Source of the DNA: a virus
Virus record (IMG/VR): IMGVR_UViG_3300037466_002724
Location: 27,009-91,008 of that record
Length of the DNA stretch: 64,000 nucleotides
Reading direction: 5' to 3' (one strand)
Below are positions 10,439-18,251 of the stretch, piece by piece. The translations under genes were made by a program, and so were the position numbers. Numbering within the stretch: position 1 is the stretch's first letter; the number at the start of each line of letters is the position of its first letter. The notes below the pieces were generated by a model. The model was not told the DNA's origin. It did not search any database and saw only the letters and a list, made by a program, of their open reading frames with translations.

Positions 10439-10686
10439 TGCAGGCCCACATCAACACCACGCACAAGCAGCTGGGCGAACTCGCGGCTATGTCGCGCCAG
10501 ACCGAGGACGCCGAGCGCCGGATCCTCGCGCGCGCGACCGAGCGGCTGGGCGAGGTCCAGGCCGAGCTGTCTGCGGCAGGGCCCAAGGCGCTGACCGGCG
10601 GCGGCGACAAGTACATGGAGCTGGTCAAGGAGCGCGGCCAGCTGCAACAGGTCATTGCGCAGGCGCGCCAGGTCCTGGACGCCTGA
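10438..10686 (+). CDS. Hypothetical coiled-coil protein
   Basis: TGATG coupling at 10436-10440; ends before a terminator. Confidence 0.7.
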   Translation: MQAHINTTHKQLGELAAMSRQTEDAERRILARATERLGEVQAELSAAGPKALTGGGDKYMELVKERGQLQQVIAQARQVLDA

Positions 10687-10707
10687 GCCGCCAACCAACC
10701 CCTGATT

Positions 10708-10734
10708 AAAGCCGCCTCGAGCGGCTTTTTTGTT
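10708..10734 (+). terminator. Intrinsic terminator
   Basis: AAAGCCGC-CTCGA-GCGGCTTTTTT. Confidence 0.85.
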
Positions 10735-10755
10735 GCCCAGCGCACAGCCTGAATC

Positions 10756-10771
10756 GTCGTGACACGATGAT
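10756..10771 (+). promoter_or_regulatory. Putative phage late promoter (leaderless)
   Basis: GTCGTGAC-ac-GATGAT, 7 nt before ATG 10779. Confidence 0.75.
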
Positions 10772-10778
10772 TGCGGGC

Positions 10779-11669
10779 ATGGACGACCGCGATCTGCTGG
10801 CAAGCTGCCCTGACTTCCTGAGCATTGGTTCGATGCTCAAGGCGACCCCACGCTTGGAGGGAACGCGCCGCTTTATCCATTTCGAGGCGAGCAACGAGGC
10901 GCTGGACCAGCAGAACGAAGTCGTCATGCAGAAGGCGCTGCGCGACTCGGCCGACTACTTCCTGCGCTACGGCAACATCGACATCGACCACTTCACCGTG
11001 ATCGGCGCGAAGGTCGGCATCCCCGACTACACCACCTACGAGATTGGCCGCCCGGTCGACGTGAAGTTCGACGGCAGCCGCACAATGGTCAAGGCCGAGA
11101 TTTATTCCGGCACCGGCCCGGCGGCGATGCACGCCAACCAGTTCTGGTCGTCGCTCACCGAGATCAACCCGCCGGCGCGCTGGTACCCGTCAGTGGGTGG
11201 CGCGATCATTGAAAAGGCGATCGAGATCGATCCTTCGACCAAGATGCGCAAGGCGCTGATCAAGAAGGTACGCTGGAGCAACATCGGTGTTTCGAAGACG
11301 CCGGTCAACCAGACCGTGCCGACCGTCGCGGTGATGGGCGTCGAAACCATGGCGAAGAGCTGGGGTGCGGGCGGCCTCGATTTCGCAAAGGCGCTGGAGG
11401 CGAGCTACGCCACGGACGCCAGACAAATGACCGGCGGCGCCGCGCTGCGCATGCAGTCGCTCGATGGCGCGCCGGGCAGTTATTTCGATTTCCGCAACAA
11501 GCTCGCCGAGCACTTGCTGACTGGCCAGGCGGGGGACAACCCCGGCGCCCGCGAGCTCGTAGCTTATTGCGAAAGAACGTTTGGCCTGTCGCCTGCCGAC
11601 GCGGCCGAATACGTGGAGCGGTTCTACCGCGATTTGAAAACAGGCCTCACTAAACGGAGTAAGCCATGA
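10779..11669 (+). CDS. Prohead (maturation) protease
   Basis: ASNEALDQQNE, NIDIDH, YPSVGG and KTPVN motifs typical of HK97/S78-like prohead proteases; lies before scaffold and capsid. Start moved from 10767 to 10779 because 10767 falls inside the -10 element. Confidence 0.75.
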   Translation: MDDRDLLASCPDFLSIGSMLKATPRLEGTRRFIHFEASNEALDQQNEVVMQKALRDSADYFLRYGNIDIDHFTVIGAKVGIPDYTTYEIGRPVDVKFDGSRTMVKAEIYSGTGPAAMHANQFWSSLTEINPPARWYPSVGGAIIEKAIEIDPSTKMRKALIKKVRWSNIGVSKTPVNQTVPTVAVMGVETMAKSWGAGGLDFAKALEASYATDARQMTGGAALRMQSLDGAPGSYFDFRNKLAEHLLTGQAGDNPGARELVAYCERTFGLSPADAAEYVERFYRDLKTGLTKRSKP

Positions 11670-12298
11670 GTGCAGACAACAACAAGCAGTCGGCAGCGTT
11701 CGAAACGCTGCTCGGCGAGCTCGACATCCTGACGAAGGCGCTCCCGGCTGCCGACGTCGCGGACGACAAGAAGATCCAAGCCGCGGCCGATGGCAACGGC
11801 GATGCGGATGACGAAAACAAGGACGATCAGGACGGCGGCGCGCCGATGACCAAGTCCCTGACCGTCACCCTGCCCAACGGCGAGACCATCGAAGCGGAAG
11901 ACGGCACCGAGCTCGTCAAGTCGCTGATGGATCAGGTCGGCAAGCAGGAAGACATGATGGTCAAGGCCATGGGCGGCGTCGTGAGCCTGGTCAAGCACCA
12001 GGGCGAGCAGCTGAAAGCCCAGGGCGACCTGATCAAGTCCCTGCAGGACACCGTGACCCGCCTGTCGGGCCAGGGCGCCGGCCGCAAGTCGATCGTCGAC
12101 GTGCACCAGCAGGTGACCGAGCTGACCAAGTCGTTCGGCGGCCAGCAGGAAAAGGGCATCAACCCGGTCGAGATCATGGCGAAGTCGAACGCCGCTTTCT
12201 CGGCTGGCAAGATCAGCGGCCAGGAGCTGAACACGATCGACGTGTCCCTGCGTATGGGCGCGGCAATCGAACCGAGTCTGCTGGCGAAAGTCGGTTAA
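11666..12298 (+). CDS. Capsid scaffolding protein
   Basis: Between protease and MCP; acidic/coiled-coil; many [LM]-x-K-[AS] motifs. Confidence 0.7.
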   Translation: MSADNNKQSAAFETLLGELDILTKALPAADVADDKKIQAAADGNGDADDENKDDQDGGAPMTKSLTVTLPNGETIEAEDGTELVKSLMDQVGKQEDMMVKAMGGVVSLVKHQGEQLKAQGDLIKSLQDTVTRLSGQGAGRKSIVDVHQQVTELTKSFGGQQEKGINPVEIMAKSNAAFSAGKISGQELNTIDVSLRMGAAIEPSLLAKVG

Positions 12299-12328
12299 TT
12301 CACACCACCCAAGACCAAGGAAGCAATC

Positions 12329-13840
12329 ATGAATCTTCAACCTCAAATTTCCGGCATGTTCCCGGGTGGCTCGATCCCGATGATCGGCAGCGCCGGCGGC
12401 AACATGACCCAGTTCGAAGAGCTGCAGAAGGCCCTGACCGCGTCGAACTACCAGACCGACATGACCCAGCTGTCGGGTGGTGGTGCACTGGGTGTGCAGT
12501 CGCTGGACACCGCGATGAAGACCGTCGTGCAGGAGAACAAGCACTTCGCTCTGTTCAATCGCCTGCAGAGCACCACCGCGACCAACATCGTCGACGAATA
12601 CACCCGCCAGACCTCGGTCGGCGGCGTGCTCGGCGGCTCGACCAACACCCAGATGGGCGTCGTTCGCGCGGCGCAGGGCGAATACCAGCGCGAAGTCGGC
12701 ATGGTGAAGTTCCTGATGCAGCTCCGCCAGGTCGGCTACGTGCTGAACATCGGAAAGAACATCATCGACGCCACCTCGGCCGAAGAGCGCAACGGCGCCA
12801 AGGCCCTGCTGACCGACGCCGAGTACCTGCTGTTCCACGGTAACGCAGCGGCCTCGCCGACCCAGTTCGACGGCATCTACACCCAGATCGACGCCGAGAT
12901 CGCCGCTGGCCACGTGTCTCCGGACAATGTGATCGACATGGGCGGCAAGAAGCTGGACAGCATCGAGCCGATCTCGCAGATCAACGCAGCTGTCGGCCGC
13001 TACGACTCGTGGGGCCAGGTCACCGACCTGTTCCTGCCGAACTCGGTCCAGACTGACCTGAATACCGGCCTGGATCCGGCCTACCGCTGGGTTCCGGAAG
13101 GCGGCAATACCCCGATGGTGGGCGGCCACGTGTCGGCCATCCGTCTGCAAAACGGCGTCCTCAAGACTACGATGGACACCTTCATGCACGACGAGACCCA
13201 CCCGATGGTCATGCCGTGGGACGGCAACCCGGATGCGAAATACACCGGCGCTGCCGCCGCGAACGCCGCGTTCAAGCCGCAGTCGATCACCGTCGATGCA
13301 TCGACCTCGGACGCGTCGTCGCAGTTCTCGAACACCCGCGCCGGCAACTACTACTGGGCGGTGGCGGCAATCGGCGCGAATGGCGAAGGCCTGACCGCCG
13401 TCGTCAAGTCGGGCTCGACCGCGGTCGCAGCTGGCAAAAAGGCTGTGCTGACCATCACCGCCTCGACCGCTGGCACCGAGACCGGCTACGCGATCTACCG
13501 TTCGCGCCAGGACGGCACCAACGCATCGAACGACCTGCGCCTGGTGAAGATCGTCCCGAAGACCGGTGCCACCACCACCTTCACGGACCTGAACCGCGAC
13601 ATCCCGGGTACCGTGAGCGTGCCGCTGCTGAACATGACCACGTCGGACGATGCGATCGGCTGGCGCCAGTTCCAGCCGATGACCAAGATCCCGCTGCCGT
13701 TCGGCGTCGGCGGTATCCCGGTCATCTCGTGGTTCCAGTTCCTGTTCGGCTACCTGCGGATCACCAAGCCGAAGCACCACGGCTACATCAAGAACATCCT
13801 GCCGAGCATGGCCAAGTGGCGGCCGCACACCGGCGAGTAA
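12329..13840 (+). CDS. Major capsid protein
   Basis: 503 aa with strong SD (AAGGAAG). N-terminal LQKALTAS…GGGALGVQSLD and LFHGNA…FDGI motifs resemble Twort/A511-type capsids. Confidence 0.85.
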   Translation: MNLQPQISGMFPGGSIPMIGSAGGNMTQFEELQKALTASNYQTDMTQLSGGGALGVQSLDTAMKTVVQENKHFALFNRLQSTTATNIVDEYTRQTSVGGVLGGSTNTQMGVVRAAQGEYQREVGMVKFLMQLRQVGYVLNIGKNIIDATSAEERNGAKALLTDAEYLLFHGNAAASPTQFDGIYTQIDAEIAAGHVSPDNVIDMGGKKLDSIEPISQINAAVGRYDSWGQVTDLFLPNSVQTDLNTGLDPAYRWVPEGGNTPMVGGHVSAIRLQNGVLKTTMDTFMHDETHPMVMPWDGNPDAKYTGAAAANAAFKPQSITVDASTSDASSQFSNTRAGNYYWAVAAIGANGEGLTAVVKSGSTAVAAGKKAVLTITASTAGTETGYAIYRSRQDGTNASNDLRLVKIVPKTGATTTFTDLNRDIPGTVSVPLLNMTTSDDAIGWRQFQPMTKIPLPFGVGGIPVISWFQFLFGYLRITKPKHHGYIKNILPSMAKWRPHTGE

Positions 13841-13914
13841 TCGCCTCGGCTGGGTAACCAGCGCCTCGGTTGCAGCCGCAGCCGGGGCATTTTCGCATCT
13901 ACCTGGAGATCATC

Positions 13915-14247
13915 ATGGTTCAAGTCGTCTGCACCCGTCCGAACGCTGCCGAAGAGATCAGCGGCGTCAAGTTCACCAAACACGATCAGGGCATGCTGTC
14001 GGAAGAAATCTCCGACGAGCAGGCCGCTCACTTCCTGGCGGTCCCGGGCTACCACGTCCTGGGCGAACACCCTGCCGGCGAGGATCATGAGGCCGATGAC
14101 ATCGAGGCGCTGCGTGCACGCGCGACCGAGCTCGGTGTCGAGGTGAAGCCGGCCTGGAAGGCTCCGCGCCTGAAAGCCGAGATCAAGCGCGCCGAGGACG
14201 AAGCTGCGGCCAAAGCCGCGGCCGAAGCCGCCGGCAAGACCGAATAA
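13915..14247 (+). CDS. Hypothetical virion-associated protein
   Basis: GGAG SD before ATG 13915; directly after MCP. Confidence 0.7.
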   Translation: MVQVVCTRPNAAEEISGVKFTKHDQGMLSEEISDEQAAHFLAVPGYHVLGEHPAGEDHEADDIEALRARATELGVEVKPAWKAPRLKAEIKRAEDEAAAKAAAEAAGKTE

Positions 14248-14279
14248 TTTTTGGCCGTTGGCCGTAACAGGGGAAAATC

Positions 14280-14513
14280 ATGACAGCAGCACGTGGCAGC
14301 AGGCAGGAAAAAGTCAACAAGTCGTCGCCGGCCCTGAGCAAGGCCAAGTTGGGCGATGTGGTGGCTGAGCTGGTGGCGCAGGTCAACGCGCTCACCACTG
14401 CTCACAATGCGATGGCGGCGAAGCTGGACGCCGACGCGGGTGTCACCGACACCAACTACACCGCGCTGACCGGTGTGTCCGCGACCGCCATCAAGGACAT
14501 GGAGAGCCGCTAG
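14280..14513 (+). CDS. Hypothetical small protein (possible head decoration/fibre)
   Basis: GGGG SD; short coiled coil; ends before a terminator. Confidence 0.65.
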   Translation: MTAARGSRQEKVNKSSPALSKAKLGDVVAELVAQVNALTTAHNAMAAKLDADAGVTDTNYTALTGVSATAIKDMESR

Positions 14514-14536
14514 GCGCTTTGATCCTGGTGCACAGC

Positions 14537-14565
14537 AAAGCCCGCTTCCGTAGCGGGCTTTTTTT
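14537..14565 (+). terminator. Intrinsic terminator
   Basis: AAAGCCCGCT-TCCGT-AGCGGGCTTTTTTT. Confidence 0.85.
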
Positions 14566-14579
14566 CGTGACTGCACCAT
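14564..14579 (+). promoter_or_regulatory. Putative phage late promoter
   Basis: TTCGTGAC-tg-CACCAT overlapping the terminator U-tract; leadered (GAGGAG SD before 14608). Confidence 0.6.
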
Positions 14580-14607
14580 AGACCCAACAGACATTCGAGG
14601 AGCTGCT

Positions 14608-15714
14608 ATGCCCACCATTACGCCTGACGGGGAAAATCCCGTCTGGATCGAGCAGGACAAGGACGCGCGCAAGGAATATCGGTTCGACCTGGCGACGCTG
14701 CTGCCGGAAGGCGAGGCGCTGGAATCGGCCACCTGGTCGGCAGATACCGGCTTTACGGTGAATGAGAGCTCGGTCGATGGCACGCAGCTGGTCGTGGTGC
14801 TGTCGGGCGGTTCGCCGCAACAGTGGTACACCGCGACGGCATCGTACCAGACCACCGGCGGGCGTTTCCAGGACCAGCTTGTGGTGCAGGTCTTCATCAA
14901 GAGCGACGCCGAGACTGCCTCGCCGATGGGCTCGGCGCTGTTCCCGAACCGCTTCACCGCAGTGGCGCAGCTCCAGCGCGATAGGCTGATGCTGGCGGCC
15001 CAGACCCACTTCGCTGGCGTGAAGCTGTCACCGGATTACGTCTGGGAGAAGCTGCGCGCGGCAGAGGCCGAGGCCTCGCGCATCCTGCGTGTGCGGTTCC
15101 AGCCAACCATGTTCTTCCCAGACGATCCGACCGACGACCAGGTGGCCGCCCTGAATGGCATGCCGTGGGAGCTCGACCAGGGCTACGACTACGATCCGGA
15201 CATGTACCAGAACGACCGCTGGGGCTTCTTCAAGACCCATTCGTCGCCGCTGATCTCGGTCGAGAAAGTGCGCTTCTCCTATCCGGCCGTCGGCGGCGTG
15301 AATTTCGAGATCCCGCCCGAGTGGCTGCAGCTGGACAAGAAGTATGGCCACGTGCGCATCGTGCCATTGACCGCATCGGCCGCTGCCATGCTCACGCCGT
15401 TCGTCATGCAGCTCATTTCCATGGGCCGCGTGATCCCGAACATGGTTCGCATCACCTATGTGGCCGGCCTCCAGAACGCCGCCGGCGACTATCCGGAGCT
15501 GGTCGATGTCGTGAAGAAGATGGCCGTGCTCAAGATCATCGAGGACGGCTTCCTGCCGCAGTCCGGGTCGATCGCCGCTGACGGCCTGTCGCAGACCGTA
15601 AGCGTGGACATGAGCAAATATGACGAGATCATCGATCGGACCCTGAATGGCCCGCCGGGCGTGAACGGCGGCCTGCGCGCGGCCATCCACGGCATCACCA
15701 TGGGGGTGATGTGA
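14608..15714 (+). CDS. Head-tail adaptor/neck protein with extra N-terminal beta domain
   Basis: First gene after the capsid unit; C-terminal YVAG…SIAADGLSQTVS motif typical of adaptors. Confidence 0.6.
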   Translation: MPTITPDGENPVWIEQDKDARKEYRFDLATLLPEGEALESATWSADTGFTVNESSVDGTQLVVVLSGGSPQQWYTATASYQTTGGRFQDQLVVQVFIKSDAETASPMGSALFPNRFTAVAQLQRDRLMLAAQTHFAGVKLSPDYVWEKLRAAEAEASRILRVRFQPTMFFPDDPTDDQVAALNGMPWELDQGYDYDPDMYQNDRWGFFKTHSSPLISVEKVRFSYPAVGGVNFEIPPEWLQLDKKYGHVRIVPLTASAAAMLTPFVMQLISMGRVIPNMVRITYVAGLQNAAGDYPELVDVVKKMAVLKIIEDGFLPQSGSIAADGLSQTVSVDMSKYDEIIDRTLNGPPGVNGGLRAAIHGITMGVM

Positions 15715-16352
15715 TGCGGCTGAACCCGACCGCCTTCAATGGCCTGCTCAACGGGATCGGCCAGGCCTTCAAATACCGCAAGGCCTTCACCTGCCCGTGC
15801 CGCAATCCGAACTCCGGCGCCGGCAACCCGAAGTGCCCGAAGTGCGCCGGCAAGGGCGTGTTCTGGGGACCGCAGGTCGATGCCACCGCCGGCGTCGCCA
15901 GCCAGGGCGTGACCAAGCAGTATGCGCAGTTCGGGCAGTGGGAGGCGGGCGACGCGGTGTTCTCGATCCCAGAGTCGAGCCCAATGTACGATGCTGGCCG
16001 CTTTGATCGAATGCTGATGCTGAACAGCACCGACCGCTTCTCACTCACCCTGACCCATGGCGCCAGCGATCGGGTCAACCTGCCGATCGAGGCGATCGAG
16101 TACGTGTTCTGGCTGGATGACGCTGGAAACCAGGTCTACGGCGGCATCCCAGCATTCGATGAGGCTGGATACCTGACCTGGCGCACGGGCGAGCCACCGC
16201 TGGGCAAGCAGTTCGCCGTAGCAGGCACAAGATTTACAGAATACTTCGTGTGGGAGAACCTTCCTTCTGATAGGGGGGAGCATCACGGCGCCCGGCTGCC
16301 CAAGCGCGTGCAGGCGCGCCGCTTCGACCTGTTCAAGGGGGCTTCGACCTAA
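15711..16352 (+). CDS. Head closure/neck protein with Cys motif
   Basis: CPC-x10-CxxC-x-GKG motif, as in neck proteins of Twort-like myoviruses. Confidence 0.6.
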   Translation: MMRLNPTAFNGLLNGIGQAFKYRKAFTCPCRNPNSGAGNPKCPKCAGKGVFWGPQVDATAGVASQGVTKQYAQFGQWEAGDAVFSIPESSPMYDAGRFDRMLMLNSTDRFSLTLTHGASDRVNLPIEAIEYVFWLDDAGNQVYGGIPAFDEAGYLTWRTGEPPLGKQFAVAGTRFTEYFVWENLPSDRGEHHGARLPKRVQARRFDLFKGAST

Positions 16353-17140
16353 CCGCCCAGGTCACGCTTGACCGCCTCGCTGAATGCCTTTTCGGCGAGC
16401 GGTTGCAGGCGATCGGTCACGCCCTTGACCAGGTTCAGGCCCGGCTTGGCCGGCACGATCCAGCCTGGCGAGCCCTCCACCATGACGCGGAACGTCAGGT
16501 AGGTGCTGGACTTGGCGTTCCCGCTCGACGTGTCGAAGCGGTACATCCCAGCGTGTCTGCTCTGCATCTTCGGCGTGGCGCCAGCCGGCAGCGACCCGCC
16601 CCATGCGTACTTGCGCTGCGGGACCGTCAGCGGCTTGCGGCTCTTGATGTCGAAGGCGCCGGTTCCGGATAGCCGGCGCCCGGTCCCGGTGACCCGCGAG
16701 GGATCGAGCTGGCGCGCGAGCTCGTACACGTCGTCTGGCATCGACGGGGCTAATGCGTTCGCACCTGGGACCCCATGCCTGAACGGAATTATTAGGTATC
16801 TAGCGCCCTTCTTCGACAGCCTGACTTTCAGGCTGGTGTCCAACATCTTCTTGAGGTCGCGCGCCGGCCGCCCGCTGTCGATCTCCTGGGCCCACTTGTA
16901 GTCGCTCGATACCTCGGCCGAGAAGGCGCCGGTCATCTTCCAGGTGATCGACTCGCCGTACTGCTGCTTCTCGCCGCTCCAGAGCTTGGCGCGCGCGACG
17001 GCCTCCTTCCAGTCGATCGTGGCCTGCTGCGCAACCGCGCTGACTGCCTGGTTCAGACGCGGCAGGACCGAGGCGTCGATAATGCCGCGCGCCTGGCCCA
17101 TGACGTCCGAGAGGTCGACCTTGATGCGAAATTGGCTCAT
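16349..17140 (-). CDS. Neck/virion morphogenesis protein (HK97 gp10-like), inverted
   Basis: Basic protein with DLKKML…YLIIPFRHG…TFRV…GWIVPAKPG motifs; has its own late promoter on the minus strand. Confidence 0.7.
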   Translation of the reverse strand: MSQFRIKVDLSDVMGQARGIIDASVLPRLNQAVSAVAQQATIDWKEAVARAKLWSGEKQQYGESITWKMTGAFSAEVSSDYKWAQEIDSGRPARDLKKMLDTSLKVRLSKKGARYLIIPFRHGVPGANALAPSMPDDVYELARQLDPSRVTGTGRRLSGTGAFDIKSRKPLTVPQRKYAWGGSLPAGATPKMQSRHAGMYRFDTSSGNAKSSTYLTFRVMVEGSPGWIVPAKPGLNLVKGVTDRLQPLAEKAFSEAVKRDLGG

Positions 17141-17146
17141 GCGCCG

Positions 17147-17188
17147 ATGATAGCGTCACGCCCGCGCGGGTGGTCGTGACGTGATCAT
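17147..17188. promoter_or_regulatory. Back-to-back pair of putative late promoters (both leaderless)
   Basis: Minus strand: GGCGTGAC-gc-TATCAT-6 nt-ATG(17140). Plus strand: GTCGTGAC-gt-GATCAT-6 nt-ATG(17195). Confidence 0.75.
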
Positions 17189-17194
17189 GCAGTC

Positions 17195-18022
17195 ATGATC
17201 TCGCTTATCCAACCAGTCGCCGCCGGCAACGCGCTCAGGATTTTCCTTGAGCCGCCGCCGGGCGCCGTCTGGTGGCGGCTGCTGCGCAAGGTCGCGGACA
17301 CGTTCACGGACGAATCCGACCCTGACGCCTTGCTAATCTACGAGGGCAGCGCCGAGAAGAACACGCTCGACATCGCCCAGCTGGTGAACGGAACCCTGTA
17401 CTACTACCGACCTTACTACCGGGTCGGCGCCGACTGGGTGGCTGGCGCCACCGTAACCGCCACGCCGAACGCGACCTACGAGGGAATCGGCGGCGACGTG
17501 CTGGAGCTCGTGCGCGACCGGCTCGACCTGGGCCTCCAGGAAGAGGTGCGCCGCGGCGCACTCACTCACGATCAGGGGCATATCAAGGTCCTGACGGCGC
17601 CGCCGATTTTCGAGGACACCGTGTTCCCGGTGGTGACGGTGCACCTGACTGAGGACAGTCCAGCCGAGCGCGCGATAGGCGAGATGGTCGAGGAAGACCA
17701 GTTCGACGCCGACAGCTTCGGATGGGCCGAGAAGGAAGGTTGGCTCGCGCGCACCAGCCTGACGATCATGGGCTGGACCATGAACCCGGACGAGCGGATC
17801 GACCTGCGCAAGGCGCTGCGCCGCCTCGTCCAGGCCAACCTGCCGATCTTCGATTTCGCCGGCATGGTGCAGATCGAGTTCTCGCAGCAGGACACCGAAG
17901 ACTTCGCGTCGTACAGCGCGCCCGTCTACCAGGTCCTGTGCACGTTCTCCTGTCTTTCGCCTGCTCAGGTGGGCGCAAAGGTCGGCGCAATCAGAGATGT
18001 TGTTACAACTTTTACGGAGTGA
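17195..18022 (+). CDS. Putative tail completion/terminator protein
   Basis: Precedes the sheath; FPVVTVHL…GWTMNPDER motifs of tail-terminator type. Confidence 0.55.
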   Translation: MISLIQPVAAGNALRIFLEPPPGAVWWRLLRKVADTFTDESDPDALLIYEGSAEKNTLDIAQLVNGTLYYYRPYYRVGADWVAGATVTATPNATYEGIGGDVLELVRDRLDLGLQEEVRRGALTHDQGHIKVLTAPPIFEDTVFPVVTVHLTEDSPAERAIGEMVEEDQFDADSFGWAEKEGWLARTSLTIMGWTMNPDERIDLRKALRRLVQANLPIFDFAGMVQIEFSQQDTEDFASYSAPVYQVLCTFSCLSPAQVGAKVGAIRDVVTTFTE

Positions 18023-18024
18023 AC

Positions 18025-18243
18025 ATGGGCAAAAGTAACGAGACCGCTCAGGCCCCGGCGGCGCAGGCCCCGGCCCCCGAGCAGGTGACGCTGGAGGAGT
18101 TCTGCATGCGCCTGTCGAACGTCGACAAGCGCGTCGAGCTGATCGGTGGCTTCGAGCACAGCGAAAAGGCCGCCGGCCACACCAAGGACGCAGAGAGCGA
18201 GTTCCAGGCCCGCTTCACTGCCTTCGTCAATAAACCTGTCTGA
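18025..18243 (+). CDS. Small hypothetical virion protein
   Basis: GGAG SD; sits between tail completion and sheath genes. Confidence 0.65.
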   Translation: MGKSNETAQAPAAQAPAPEQVTLEEFCMRLSNVDKRVELIGGFEHSEKAAGHTKDAESEFQARFTAFVNKPV

Positions 18244-18251
18244 GGACCGAC

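Noticed and set aside
10767-10778. Protease start at 10767
   Set aside because: This ATG lies inside the -10 element of the conserved late promoter; 10779 fits the pattern of the other copies.
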